Position numbers and translations under genes: made by a program | Notes under the pieces: generated by a model | Seen by the model: only the letters and a program-made list of their open reading frames with translations | Database searches by the model: none | Told to the model about the DNA's origin: nothing | Shown: positions 1-9,750 of the stretch, in pieces | Layout of the letters: each line of letters begins with the position of its first letter | Position numbering within the stretch: position 1 is the first letter of the stretch | NCBI GenBank assembly: GCA_964291415.2 | Contig: OZ219918.1 | Location: 992,001 to 1,056,000 of the forward strand | DNA length: 64,000 nt | Direction of reading: 5' to 3' | DNA from: Alphaproteobacteria bacterium | GTDB taxonomy: Bacteria; Pseudomonadota; Alphaproteobacteria; SP197

Positions 1-555
1 TGGTTCTTCTGATAACGAACGCCGCTGCGCCGTCAAGGCGCGCCAGGCGGCCTGCCCGTGAAGCAGCCCCGAAACGGCGGTCACAAGAGCGGCCAGCCAC
101 ATGGCGACGAGACCGGCGGTGACGAGGAACGGATCGGGGATGAGGACCAGGGCGATGGCGACGCACTGGAGAACGGTCTTGGCCTTCGAGAACGGCGTGA
201 CATCGACAGAGAGCGAGGATGCGGCGAGCGCTTCGCGCAGGCCGCACACGAAGATCTCGCGGATCACGATGACGAGGGCGGCGATGACCGGCACGTCCAG
301 CGTTGCTGTCAGAACGACGATGACGCCGCAGACCAGGACCTTGTCGGCAATAGGGTCGAGAACCCGTCCCAGGGTGGAATGGGCGTTCATGCGGCGTGCC
401 AGCCAGCCATCGAGGGCGTCGGTCGCTGCCGCCACGCAGAAGATGGCGAGCGCCGCCCAGCGGGCCCAGGGGTCCCCGTCGATCAGCAGTACGACAATCG
501 GGACCAGGGCCGCCATGCGGGCGATGGTGAGGATGTTGGGAAGCGACGCCATCAT
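1..555 (-). CDS. pgsA: CDP-diacylglycerol--glycerol-3-phosphate 3-phosphatidyltransferase (3' end runs off window)
   Basis: Manual translation (absent from the ORF track because it has no stop in the window): MMASLPNILTIARM...TDALDGWLARR...LGRVLDPIADK, the CDP-alcohol phosphatidyltransferase motif; lies downstream of uvrC as usual. Confidence 0.9.
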   Translation of the reverse strand, partial: MMASLPNILTIARMAALVPIVVLLIDGDPWARWAALAIFCVAAATDALDGWLARRMNAHSTLGRVLDPIADKVLVCGVIVVLTATLDVPVIAALVIVIREIFVCGLREALAASSLSVDVTPFSKAKTVLQCVAIALVLIPDPFLVTAGLVAMWLAALVTAVSGLLHGQAAWRALTAQRRSLSEEP

Positions 556-603
556 GAGTCGCGGCCGGGAGCCAGGGCCGTCATGCAGTCCATGGCGGCG
601 CCA

Positions 604-2520
604 TCACGAATCGCGCTGGAAGTGGTCGCGGATGCGCCGGGCAACGGCGCGATCGATGCCGCTGACCTTCTCGAGGTCGGCCAGCGGTGCGTCGGCCACG
701 GCGCGGGCCGATCCGAAGTGATGGAGGAGCGCCCGCTTGCGCCTCGGCCCGATGCCCGGGATCTCGTCGAGCAGGGAATGGCTGATGCGGCTGGTGCGTT
801 TCGAGCGATGGGCGCCAATGGCGAAGCGATGCGCCTCGTCGCGCAGCCGCTGTATGAACCAGAGCACAGGATCGCGTTCGTCCGGCACCAGTGGCTGACG
901 CCCGGCAAGGAAGATGCGTTCGCGTCCGGCATTGCGGTCCGGTCCCTTGGCGACTCCGGCGACGTCGACGCCGGAAATGCCGAGATCCTCGATGACCGCC
1001 AGCGCCGTGGCCAGCTGTCCGGCGCCGCCGTCGACAAGGACAAGATCGGGCCAGGCGGCGGAGGCGCGCTCGGGGTCCTCCTCGACGAGACGCGAGAAAC
1101 GGCGCTCCAGAACCTCGCGCATCATCGCATAGTCGTCGCCCGCCGGGGCCTTGCGGACGGTGAACTTGCGGTACTGGTTCTTCATGAATCCGTCGGCGCC
1201 GGCGACAATCATGGCGCCGACGGGCTGGGCGCCCTGGATATGGCTGTTGTCGTAGATCTCGATGCGCCGGGGCGCCGCGTCGAGACCGAGCAGGGCCGCC
1301 AGGCCCTCGAGATGGGAGCGCTGGGTCGCACTCTCGGCCAGGCGCCGCTGCAGGGCATCCCGTGCATTCTGCAGGGCATGATCCATCAGTGCCCGCCGGC
1401 CGCCCCTGCGCGGCACGCTGATTTCCACCCCGTGTCCTCTCCTGCCGGCAAGCGCCTCGGTCAGCAGGGCGTGATTGTCCGGCCGCACCGACACCAGGAT
1501 GATGCCGGGAACCTCCTTGTTCTCGTAGAACTGCGCAAGGAAGGCCGCCATCACGGTCTCCGGAGTCCTGTTGGCGCTGCGCCCGGGCCAGTAGGCCCTG
1601 TTGCCGTAGTTGCGTCCGTGCCGGATGAAGAAAACCTGAATGCAGGTCTGGCCACCTTCCTGGTGAAGCGCCACGACATCGGCTGCGGCGAGCGTCGGCA
1701 CGTTGATCTGCTGGTGCGCCTGGATGTGGTTGAGAGCGCGAATACGGTCGCGCAGCCCGGCGGCACGCTCGAATTCAAGGGCTTCGGCAGTCTCCTGCAT
1801 GCGCCGGGAGAGACCGTCCTGGACCTCCCGGGTCTGGCCCTTGAGGAAGGCGCGGGCCTCACGCGTCAGGTGTTCGTAGTCCTCGTCGTCGGCAAGCCCG
1901 ACACAGGGCGCCACACATCGCTTGATCTGGTACTGCAGGCAGGGCCGGGTGCGGTTGCTCAGCACGTGATCGGAGCAACTCCTCAGGGGAAAGGCCTTCT
2001 GCAGGGCCGTGATGGTCCGGTTGACCGCACCGGCGCTGGCAAACGGACCGAAATAGTCGCCCTTCAGGCGCCGCGCCCCGCGATGCTTGACGATCTGCGG
2101 CCATCGGTGGTCGCGCCGGAGAAGGATGTAGGGAAAGGACTTGTCGTCGCGCAGGACGACGTTGTAGCGCGGCTTGAGCTTCTTGATGAGGTTGGCTTCG
2201 AGAAGCAGTGCCTCAGCTTCCGTTGCGGTGGTGACCACCTCGACGGCCGCCGTGCCGGCGACCATCCTGTGCAGGCGCGGATCGAGGCGTCCTGGTTGCG
2301 CGTAGGCCGCGACCCGGTGGGCCAGGTTGCGCGCCTTGCCGACATAGAGAACCTCGCCCTCGGAGGAGAGCATGCGGTAGACACCGGGCCCTTCAGGCAT
2401 GGTCGCCAACGACGCCCTGACGGCATCGGCGCCACTCGTTGCGGGGACCGTGTCCAGTTGCTCGACCGCGGGTCCTTCGGTCTCTCCTGACGGTCGGATA
2501 TCCCTCGAAGCCTTCGCCAT
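604..2520 (-). CDS. uvrC: Excinuclease ABC subunit C
   Basis: GIY-YIG PGVYRM..LYVGKA, YNVVLRDDK, RIEIYDNSH, LVDGG.GQ and C-terminal HhH IPGIGP; exact start uncertain. Confidence 0.96.
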   Translation of the reverse strand: MAKASRDIRPSGETEGPAVEQLDTVPATSGADAVRASLATMPEGPGVYRMLSSEGEVLYVGKARNLAHRVAAYAQPGRLDPRLHRMVAGTAAVEVVTTATEAEALLLEANLIKKLKPRYNVVLRDDKSFPYILLRRDHRWPQIVKHRGARRLKGDYFGPFASAGAVNRTITALQKAFPLRSCSDHVLSNRTRPCLQYQIKRCVAPCVGLADDEDYEHLTREARAFLKGQTREVQDGLSRRMQETAEALEFERAAGLRDRIRALNHIQAHQQINVPTLAAADVVALHQEGGQTCIQVFFIRHGRNYGNRAYWPGRSANRTPETVMAAFLAQFYENKEVPGIILVSVRPDNHALLTEALAGRRGHGVEISVPRRGGRRALMDHALQNARDALQRRLAESATQRSHLEGLAALLGLDAAPRRIEIYDNSHIQGAQPVGAMIVAGADGFMKNQYRKFTVRKAPAGDDYAMMREVLERRFSRLVEEDPERASAAWPDLVLVDGGAGQLATALAVIEDLGISGVDVAGVAKGPDRNAGRERIFLAGRQPLVPDERDPVLWFIQRLRDEAHRFAIGAHRSKRTSRISHSLLDEIPGIGPRRKRALLHHFGSARAVADAPLADLEKVSGIDRAVARRIRDHFQRDS

Positions 2521-2568
2521 CGCCAAGAATGGGCGGGGGAGCCGCGCGGCCGTGGCTCCCCCGGCGTG

Positions 2569-3231
2569 TCAGTCCGAAGGCTGCGGCACGATGCGCAGAT
2601 AGGGCTTCGGTGCCTCCCAGCCTCCTGGGAACCTCTCTTTCGCCTCGTCGTCCTTGACGGCGGGGACGATGATGACGTCCTCGCCATTCTGCCAGTTGGC
2701 CGGAGTGGCCACCTTGTGACTGGCTGTCAGCTGGCAGGAATCGAGCAGGCGCAGGATCTCGTCGAAATTGCGTCCCGTCGACATCGGATAGCTCACCATC
2801 GCCTTGATCTGCTTGTCCGGTCCGATGACGTAGACCGTCCGCACCGTCGCGTTGTCAACCGGGGTGCGGCCTTCGGAGGTGTCGCCGGCGCCCGCCGGCA
2901 GCATGTTGTAGGTCTTGGCGACGGAAAGGTCGGTGTCGGCCAGCAGCGGGTAGTTGAGCGCATGGCCGGTGACATCCTCGATGTCCTTCGACCAGCCTTC
3001 GTGATCCGCCACGCCGTCAACCGAAAGGCCGATCAGCTTGGTGTTGCGCCGGTCGAACTCCGGCTTCATGCCGGCAACGGTACCGAGTTCGGTCGTGCAC
3101 ACCGGCGTGAAGTCCTTGGGGTGGGAAAACAGGATGCACCAGGAATCACCGATGTACTCGTGGAATCTGATGCGGCCCGCCGTCGAATCCTGTTCGAAGT
3201 CAGGTGCCGTACTGCCAATCGATAGTGCCAT
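2569..3231 (-). CDS. 1-Cys peroxiredoxin (Prx6 family)
   Basis: FSHPKDFTPVCTTE motif; YPMSTGRNFDEILR; TPANW. Confidence 0.95.
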   Translation of the reverse strand: MALSIGSTAPDFEQDSTAGRIRFHEYIGDSWCILFSHPKDFTPVCTTELGTVAGMKPEFDRRNTKLIGLSVDGVADHEGWSKDIEDVTGHALNYPLLADTDLSVAKTYNMLPAGAGDTSEGRTPVDNATVRTVYVIGPDKQIKAMVSYPMSTGRNFDEILRLLDSCQLTASHKVATPANWQNGEDVIIVPAVKDDEAKERFPGGWEAPKPYLRIVPQPSD

Positions 3232-3400
3232 GGTTTGCCTTATGCTCCTTGCTGGATGATCCGGTCAGCGGCGCATGCCTGGAAGGGCGGCCGTTCCCCG
3301 GGTTAAGGAACGTCATCCCGGCAGCCTCACCCATGACACTTGGGTTGCGTCGCGTGGAAGTCAACAGTTTCCGGCGAGCGGCGGCAACGCAATCCCGGCG

Positions 3401-5083
3401 TCAGAACAGCCCGGAAATGCGGCCCCGGGAATCGACACCGATTTTGTCGGCGGCAGGCACCCGCGGCAGTCCCGGCATGGTCATGATGGCGCCCGTGACG
3501 ACGACGAGGAACTCGGCGCCGGCCGATACCCGAACCTCACGCAGCGGGATGGTGAATCCCTCCGGCGCCGCCTTCAGCGACGGGTCGGTGGAGAAGCTGT
3601 ACTGGGTCTTGGCCATGCACACCGGCCAGGACCCGGCCGGGGTATCGTCGAGTTCGGCGAGCTGGCGCGAGATGGCGGCAGGCACATCGATGTCGTCGGC
3701 CCGGTAGATCTGCCGGGCGACGGTCCGGATCTTCTCCTCGAGCGGCAAGTCGTCGCCATAGAGTGGCCGGAAGTCGGCGGAACCGCTCTCGGCGAGTTCC
3801 ACCACGGTCTCGGCGAGGTCGACGGCTCCGGCACCACCGTTGGCCCAGTGAGTGGCCTCGACACAGCGCACGCCCTCGGCAGCGCAAAGGTCAAGGAGAG
3901 TCGAGATCTCGGCATCGGTGTCGGCGGAGAAGCGATTGACGGAGACGACAGCCGGTACCCCGAACTTGGCCACGTTGCCGATATGCCGCTGCAGGTTCGC
4001 GAAACCCCGCTCGACGGCGGCGACGTCTTCCCTTGCCAGGTCCTCGCGGGCGACGCCGCCGTGCATCTTCAGCGCCCGGATGGTGGCGACGATGACCACG
4101 GCGTCCGGCGACAGCCCCGCCTTGCGGCACTTGATGTTGAAGAACTTCTCGGCTCCGAGATCCGCGCCGAACCCGGCTTCCGTCACCACATAGTCGGCCA
4201 TGCCGAGGGCAGTCGAGGTGGCGAGCACGGAATTGCAGCCGTGGGCAATGTTGGCGAAGGGGCCGCCGTGAACGAAGGCGGGGTTGTTCTCCAGGGTCTG
4301 CACGAGATTGGGCTTGATCGCATCCTTGAGGAGTGCGGCCATGGATCCCTCGGCATTGAGATCGCGCGCCGTGACAGGCGTTCGCTGCCGCGTGTGAGCG
4401 ACAATGATGTTGCCGAGCCGGCGCTTGAGGTCGTCGATGTCCGTGGCAAGACAGAAGATCGCCATGACCTCGGAGGCCACGGTGATATCGAAGCCGTCCT
4501 GGCGCGGGAACCCGTTGGCGACTCCGCCCAGCGAATTGACGATGGAACGCAGGGCCCGGTCGTTCATGTCGACGACGCGGCGCCATGTCACGCGGCGTTC
4601 GTCGATGCCGTGCGCGTTGCCCCAGTAGATATGATTGTCGACCATGGCCGCCAGCAGGTTGTTGGCAACGCCGATGGCGTGGAAGTCACCGGTGAAATGG
4701 AGATTGATGTCCTCCATGGGCACGATCTGCGCATGACCGCCGCCGGCTGCTCCTCCCTTGACCCCGAACGAGGGGCCAAGCGACGGCTCCCTGAGACAGA
4801 TCAATGTCTTGCGGCCGATACGGTTGAGTGCGTCACCGAGGCCCACAGTCGTCGTCGTCTTCCCCTCGCCCGCCGGGGTCGGGGTGATAGCGGTGACGAG
4901 TATCAGCCGGCCGTTGTCGCGGCCTTCCAGGCTCTTGATGTAGTCGAAGGAAAGTTTCGCCTTGTCGTGGCCATAGGGCTCGAGATGTTCGGCGGCGATT
5001 CCCAGCCGGTCCTGGGCGAGCTCGATGATCGGTCTCAGTGTCGCGGCCTGGGCGATCTCGATGTCCGAAGCGGGTGTCGACAT
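3401..5083 (-). CDS. fhs: Formate--tetrahydrofolate ligase
   Basis: [12 protein letters not shown] start; [42 protein letters not shown] motifs. Confidence 0.97.
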   Translation of the reverse strand: MSTPASDIEIAQAATLRPIIELAQDRLGIAAEHLEPYGHDKAKLSFDYIKSLEGRDNGRLILVTAITPTPAGEGKTTTTVGLGDALNRIGRKTLICLREPSLGPSFGVKGGAAGGGHAQIVPMEDINLHFTGDFHAIGVANNLLAAMVDNHIYWGNAHGIDERRVTWRRVVDMNDRALRSIVNSLGGVANGFPRQDGFDITVASEVMAIFCLATDIDDLKRRLGNIIVAHTRQRTPVTARDLNAEGSMAALLKDAIKPNLVQTLENNPAFVHGGPFANIAHGCNSVLATSTALGMADYVVTEAGFGADLGAEKFFNIKCRKAGLSPDAVVIVATIRALKMHGGVAREDLAREDVAAVERGFANLQRHIGNVAKFGVPAVVSVNRFSADTDAEISTLLDLCAAEGVRCVEATHWANGGAGAVDLAETVVELAESGSADFRPLYGDDLPLEEKIRTVARQIYRADDIDVPAAISRQLAELDDTPAGSWPVCMAKTQYSFSTDPSLKAAPEGFTIPLREVRVSAGAEFLVVVTGAIMTMPGLPRVPAADKIGVDSRGRISGLF

Positions 5084-5136
5084 GGTCAGGGTTCCCTCCC
5101 GGGGCAATGGTGTTGGTGTATGGACAGGTGGCGCCT

Positions 5137-5694
5137 TCAGGAGGCGTTCCGGATCTCCCGGTCGCCGTTTTCGACTTCCGACACGCGCCATGAGAGACGC
5201 ATTTCACCGGCGGTGTTGGCCACCGTTGCCAGGCAGGCGTGCACCCGGTGGTCGGGAACATGCACCGCGAACCGCGTCACGTAGCGATCGCGACCGGGTG
5301 CCGGGATGCGTTCCGAGTTCATGCGCACGATGTTGGCGCCGAAGCTTCCGAAGACCTCCGCGATGCGCAGGATAAGGCCTGGTGCATCCGGGCCGTCGAG
5401 CTCGATGCGGTGGGTAATGTGTCCACTCTCGTCATGCACCGCACGCATGTCGAAGGTGGCGACCGTGACCCGGCCTTCGGCGACGCCATCGAGAGTCTCG
5501 AGATCCCGCTTTACTGTTGCCGTGGCGACGTCATCGGGGATCTCCGCGATAGAGGTAAACTCCGCCATGTCGCCGAGGACGGCAAAGGTCGTGTCGGAGA
5601 GATTGGCGTTGAGATCGAAGAGGCGGCCGGCAATCTCGGCCACGAGTCCGGCGCGGTCGTGGCAAATGAGGGAAATCAGGCAGACGGCGGTCAT
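5137..5694 (-). CDS. Tandem ACT-domain protein (GcvR-like amino-acid-binding regulator)
   Basis: Two ACT-like starts, [11 protein letters not shown] and [11 protein letters not shown]; ATG overlaps the stop of the upstream EF-G-like gene (ATGA). Confidence 0.8.
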   Translation of the reverse strand: MTAVCLISLICHDRAGLVAEIAGRLFDLNANLSDTTFAVLGDMAEFTSIAEIPDDVATATVKRDLETLDGVAEGRVTVATFDMRAVHDESGHITHRIELDGPDAPGLILRIAEVFGSFGANIVRMNSERIPAPGRDRYVTRFAVHVPDHRVHACLATVANTAGEMRLSWRVSEVENGDREIRNAS

Positions 5695-7715
5695 GCGGCC
5701 TCGAGATGCTGCTTGCGGGCCTCGACGATCTGATCGGCCTCGCGCCCGGTCAGCTCCTGGAGATGATCGAACGTCATGTCGAAGTATCCCACGCCCTGTG
5801 TCAGTGAACGCAGTTCGCTGATCAGCGTGAGGGTCTCGCCCTGGGGCATGTGCGCGGTGACGGTATCCCATTCCTTCCAGCCTTCGCGTGCCTCGAAGCC
5901 GAGAATCTGGCCACGCCGTCCGGTGACCAGCTGCTGGACACGCGCGGTGGCCGAATTGGGTGCATGGATTCTCACGTTCATGATCGGTTCGAGGAGCACC
6001 GGGCTGCAGGTTGGCATGCCTTCGCTCATGGCCACGCGCGCCGCCAGCTTGAAGGCCATTTCGTTGGAATCGACGTCATGGTACTTGCCGTCGAAGACCT
6101 CCACGGCGATGTCGACCACGGGAAAGCCGAGCGGACCCTGGAGCAGATACTCCTTCACCCCGGCCTCGACGGCGGGGATGTACTGCCTCGGAATGTTGCC
6201 GCCGGTCACCGAATTGGTGAAGTCGAAGCCGGAGCCCCTGGCCAGCGGGCGAATGTTGATGTGAACGTCGCCGAACATGCCGCTGCCGCCGGTCTGGCGC
6301 TTGAAGCGACCGTGCTGGGTGGTCGGTTTTCGAATGGCCTCCCTGTAGGGCACCATGGGCTGCCCGGATGTCACCTCGACCCCGTAGCGTCCCGACAGCT
6401 TCGAAAAGGCCGTCTGCAGGTGCATGTCACCCTGGCCCCAGAGCACCAGCTGGTTGAGGTCCGAGTCCTGTTCGGGCTCGATGGAGGGATCCTCCTCATG
6501 AATGCGATGGAGTGCCGTGGCCATCTTCACCTCGTCCTCACGGCGCGCCGCATGGATCGCGAGGCCGTAGAGGCGTGGCAGAGCCTCGGCGCGTGGCCAG
6601 GCGGCATCCTCGTCGGGTGCGGCATTGCCCATCACCAGGGTGTCCCCGGTGTGCGCTCCCTCGAGGCGGCCGAAGGCAACGATATCACCGGCCCCGGCAC
6701 GGTCGATCTTGACGTTCTGGCTGCCCTGGAGGTGGTACATGCCGCCTATGCGGTTGCCGTTGACCGTCTCGCCGTCCTTGACCTCGCCACGCCAGATGCG
6801 GGCCAGCGACAGCTTGCCGCCGTGCTGGGTGTTGTAGGTCTTGAGCACCTGGGCTGCGAAGGCACCTTCGCCGCCACGCCGTTCGGCGGCGCGGCCGGGA
6901 TCGGGAGCCCAGTGGCGGAGTTCCTGGAGCAGGCGGCGGACACCGTTCTCGAGTTCCGCGGAGCCGAGCAGGACGGGCACCACCTGCGCCTCGGCGAAGG
7001 CTCCGCTGAGTTCGCTGATCACCTCTTCCTGGGTCGGCACCTCGTCCTCGAGAATCTGCATCATCAGGTCGTCGCTGAAATCGGCGAGGGCCTCCAGCAT
7101 CATGTTGCGGGCTTCGTCCTCCCGTTCCAAGACGCCGTCCGGCATCTCGATGGCCTCGGAGGCGCCGCCCTCATGGTAGCGCCAGGCCGACTCGCTGATC
7201 AGGTCCACATAGCCGGTGACGTGGTCGTCGTCGCGGACAGGCACCTGGGTGATCAGCAGTGGCGTCCCCGAGACGTCCTGCATGGCAGGCAGGAGTTCGC
7301 GCATCAGGGTGGTGGTGCGGTCCATCTTGTTGATGAACACGAGATGGGGAATCCGGTTGTGTTCGAGGAAGCGGAAGATCGGTGCCAGGGTCGTTGCCCG
7401 TTCGACGACCGGCTCATAGACCACCACCGCAGCGTCGGCACCGATCAGCGCGTTGCGCGCCTCGGCCTGGAACTCGATGGAGCCGGGGCAGTCGAGAAAG
7501 TTGAAGTGGAGCCCCTCGAAGGTGGCATGGCCGGCACTGACCTCCGTGCTCATGTTGCGCTGACGCGCCTCCGGCGCCGAATCGCCGACGGAGTTCCCGT
7601 CCTTCACGGAACCCTTGCGGCCGATGGCGCCGCAGATGTAGAGCATGGCCTCGAGGAGAGTCGTCTTTCCGCTGAGTGATGGGCCGACGATGGCGATGTT
7701 TCTGATGTCTGGCAT
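5691..7715 (-). CDS. Elongation factor G-like protein (EF-G2 type)
   Basis: MPDIRNIAIVGPSLSGKTT, DCPGS, NKMD, G(D)MHL, VPYRE, RQTGGSGMFG, YHDVDS, LLEP; GTPase motifs diverge from canonical fusA. Confidence 0.92.
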   Translation of the reverse strand: MPDIRNIAIVGPSLSGKTTLLEAMLYICGAIGRKGSVKDGNSVGDSAPEARQRNMSTEVSAGHATFEGLHFNFLDCPGSIEFQAEARNALIGADAAVVVYEPVVERATTLAPIFRFLEHNRIPHLVFINKMDRTTTLMRELLPAMQDVSGTPLLITQVPVRDDDHVTGYVDLISESAWRYHEGGASEAIEMPDGVLEREDEARNMMLEALADFSDDLMMQILEDEVPTQEEVISELSGAFAEAQVVPVLLGSAELENGVRRLLQELRHWAPDPGRAAERRGGEGAFAAQVLKTYNTQHGGKLSLARIWRGEVKDGETVNGNRIGGMYHLQGSQNVKIDRAGAGDIVAFGRLEGAHTGDTLVMGNAAPDEDAAWPRAEALPRLYGLAIHAARREDEVKMATALHRIHEEDPSIEPEQDSDLNQLVLWGQGDMHLQTAFSKLSGRYGVEVTSGQPMVPYREAIRKPTTQHGRFKRQTGGSGMFGDVHINIRPLARGSGFDFTNSVTGGNIPRQYIPAVEAGVKEYLLQGPLGFPVVDIAVEVFDGKYHDVDSNEMAFKLAARVAMSEGMPTCSPVLLEPIMNVRIHAPNSATARVQQLVTGRRGQILGFEAREGWKEWDTVTAHMPQGETLTLISELRSLTQGVGYFDMTFDHLQELTGREADQIVEARKQHLEAA

Positions 7716-7790
7716 GATTGTCTCACAGGCTGCGCGTCTGGCACGGTGTGAACCTAGTGTGACGCGCCGGACCCTGCAATGCCCGGCAGC

Positions 7791-8510
7791 ATGACGGTGC
7801 GGCACCGCCCCTCTCCCAACGCCAACGACCGGCGGACGGCCGTCTCCATGCTCGTCCTCCACTACACCGGAATGCAGGATGCCGCTGTGGCCCTTGAGCG
7901 CCTCGTCGATCCCTCGTCGGGTGTCAGTGCCCATTGGCTTGTCGACGAGGATGGCGACGTCACCTCGCTGGTTCCCGAAACGCGGCGGGCCTGGCATGCC
8001 GGTGCGGCGTGCTGGCAGGGGATCCGCGACGTCAACAGCGCTTCGGTGGGCATCGAGATCGTCAATCCCGGCCACGCCGGAGGGTTGTCGCCGTTCCCCG
8101 CGCGCCAGATGGATGCCGTGGCAGAACTGTCCCGTGATGTCCTCGCACGGCATGGTATCCGCCAGCGCCATGTCCTGGGGCACAGTGATGTCGCACCGCT
8201 GCGCAAGCAGGACCCCGGAGAGCTCTTTGACTGGCGCTGGCTGGCGAACCAGGGCGTCGGGTTGTGGCCGCCGCCGCAGCCACCGGCTGCAATGACCCTG
8301 AGCGAGGGGCACAGCGGCTGTGCCGTCCTGCACCTGCAGGAGGGCCTGGCCAGTTTCGGATACGCCGTCGCGGCGGATGGCGTCTACGGCGCCGAGACGG
8401 CTGCCGTCGTCACCGCCTTTCAGCGCCATTTTCGCCCGGCGCGGGTGGATGGCGTGGCGGATGGCGAGACCGTGGCCCGTCTCTCGGCGCTGATTGACGC
8501 GGCACATTGA
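7791..8510 (+). CDS. N-acetylmuramoyl-L-alanine amidase (Amidase_2 plus C-terminal peptidoglycan-binding domain)
   Basis: SPNANDR, LVLHYT, VSAHWLV, RAWHAG, SVGIEIVN, GHSDVAP.RK.DPG, AFQRHFRP. Confidence 0.93.
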   Translation: MTVRHRPSPNANDRRTAVSMLVLHYTGMQDAAVALERLVDPSSGVSAHWLVDEDGDVTSLVPETRRAWHAGAACWQGIRDVNSASVGIEIVNPGHAGGLSPFPARQMDAVAELSRDVLARHGIRQRHVLGHSDVAPLRKQDPGELFDWRWLANQGVGLWPPPQPPAAMTLSEGHSGCAVLHLQEGLASFGYAVAADGVYGAETAAVVTAFQRHFRPARVDGVADGETVARLSALIDAAH

Positions 8511-8543
8511 CCGTGCGCTGGCGGCGCGCTATCTCTTTGAACC

Positions 8544-8945
8544 GGGAATCAGGCGGACGGATGGCCGCTCTTTCCGTTTCGGAAAGGGAGGAAAGTCCGG
8601 GCTCCACGGAAACATGGCGCCGGGTAACGCCCGGCGGGGGTGACCCCAGGGAAAGTGCCACAGAGAGCAGACCGCCACCGGCCGCAGCGCCGGCGGCAAG
8701 GGTGAAAGGGTGCGGCAAGAGCGCACCGCGGCTGCGGCAACGCAGACGGCATGGCAAACCCCGCCAGGAGCAAGATCGAGTAGAGGCGGCACGTGGTTCC
8801 ACGAGGCCCGTTTCCGGACCCCGCCGCCCGGGTTGATCGCGCGAGGCGCGCGGCGACGCGCGTCCCAGATGAATGGCCATCGGCCGCCTTCGGCATCTTG
8901 ACGGGGGCGGGCCACAGAACCCGGCTTACAGTCCGCCTGGTTCCC
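8544..8945 (+). ncRNA. rnpB: RNase P RNA (class A)
   Basis: GAGGAAAGTCCGGGCTCC, GGAAAGTGCCACAGA, GGTGAAAGGGTGCGG.AAGAGCGCACC, GGCAAACCCC and ACAGAACCCGGCTTA conserved blocks; the ends GGGAATCAGGCGGAC and GTCCGCCTGGTTCCC pair as P1. Confidence 0.97.
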
Positions 8946-9128
8946 GCTTGCGACGAGCGGCCATCGGCCGCGGAGTCCCTGTCGTCTTCCTTGTGGCCAG
9001 ACACCGATTCCCAACTCCGAAAAACGAAGATTCTATCCACCGGCCGGGTGGAAAACACTGTGGACAGTCAGAATGGTGCGGGACACGTTACAAGATGGTG
9101 TAATGCTGTGACAGAAAACTACAACATA

Positions 9129-9156
9129 TTGACAAATTCAAAATTCAAAGTAGACT
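9129..9156 (+). promoter_or_regulatory. Probable sigma70 promoter of the dcw operon
   Basis: TTGACA-N16-TAGACT in an AT-rich stretch upstream of mraZ. Confidence 0.6.
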
Positions 9157-9190
9157 GCTCAAAATACTGATTCCCTGCGACTTCTTCGTT

Positions 9191-9230
9191 GACTCCCCAA
9201 GGATTTCCAAGTATTCCCAAAGAATCCCAA
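9191..9230. promoter_or_regulatory. MraZ operator-like direct repeats (four units, 10-bp period)
   Basis: gactccccaa/ggatttccaa/gtattcccaa/agaatcccaa; the reverse strand gives TTGG(G/A) every 10 bp, resembling the TGGG repeats that MraZ binds upstream of mraZ. Confidence 0.75.
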
Positions 9231-9261
9231 GGTGGAAGGCGGCGAAAGCGGTCAAGCGGGA

Positions 9262-9744
9262 ATGGCACGGAGTCCAGGTGCGTTACCGAGGATCTACTCG
9301 GGAACGCACACCAAGACAATCGACGCCAAGGGGCGAGTTTCCGTCCCGCCGGACTTTCGCGCCCGTTTCGCCAGCCCCGAACTTGGTCTCTACGTCATGC
9401 GGTCCGTCTCGGGAGAAAGGGCACTCGATGCCTTCGAACCGGCGGAGTTCTCCCGTTTCGTCTCCAACTCCGAACAGGTGTTCTCCAGCGAGGCGATGGA
9501 CAATGCCTTCGCCATCTTCGGCTCGGCGCTCAACCTGCGCCTCGATCGGGAAGGGCGGATCGTGCTTCCCGCCGAATTCAGGGAGTACGCCGACATCGAC
9601 GCCGAGGCATGTTTCATTGGCCTGGGGCGCCATATCCAGATCTGGGAACCCGTGCGGGGCATGGCCAGGCAGGACGAGGCGTTCAGGAACGCCGTCCGCA
9701 AGCGCGAGACCATCAGTCTGCCGCTGGCCGGGCAGAGGGATTGA
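9262..9744 (+). CDS. mraZ: Transcriptional regulator MraZ
   Basis: YSGTHTKTIDAKGRVSVP and LDREGRIVLP double AbrB/SpoVT motifs; first gene of the dcw cluster; start uncertain. Confidence 0.92.
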   Translation: MARSPGALPRIYSGTHTKTIDAKGRVSVPPDFRARFASPELGLYVMRSVSGERALDAFEPAEFSRFVSNSEQVFSSEAMDNAFAIFGSALNLRLDREGRIVLPAEFREYADIDAEACFIGLGRHIQIWEPVRGMARQDEAFRNAVRKRETISLPLAGQRD

Positions 9745-9750
9745 GGCGTC

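Noticed and set aside
58-2490. 810-aa plus-strand ORF and similar long ORFs (3275-5284, 5850-7679, 13766-15397, 39429-42122 and others)
   Set aside because: Antisense shadows of well-supported genes (uvrC, fhs, EF-G2, murE/murF, clpB); expected from high-GC codon bias and lacking recognisable motifs
3240-3330. Minus-strand leader of the peroxiredoxin with AACGGC..CTTCCAGGC..GGAGCA, loosely like a SAM/SAH riboswitch, plus a gttcc/ggaac hairpin
   Set aside because: There is an insertion in the core, the closing P1 stem does not pair and the downstream gene is not SAM-related; an Rfam scan would settle it
5691-8507. 938-aa 'extended' EF-G ORF
   Set aside because: The upstream ~260 codons are the antisense of the amidase gene; the real start is at MPDIRNIAIVG (7715)
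8529-9170. Several ORFs across 8.5-9.2 kb
   Set aside because: They overlap rnpB and the dcw promoter and are not protein-like
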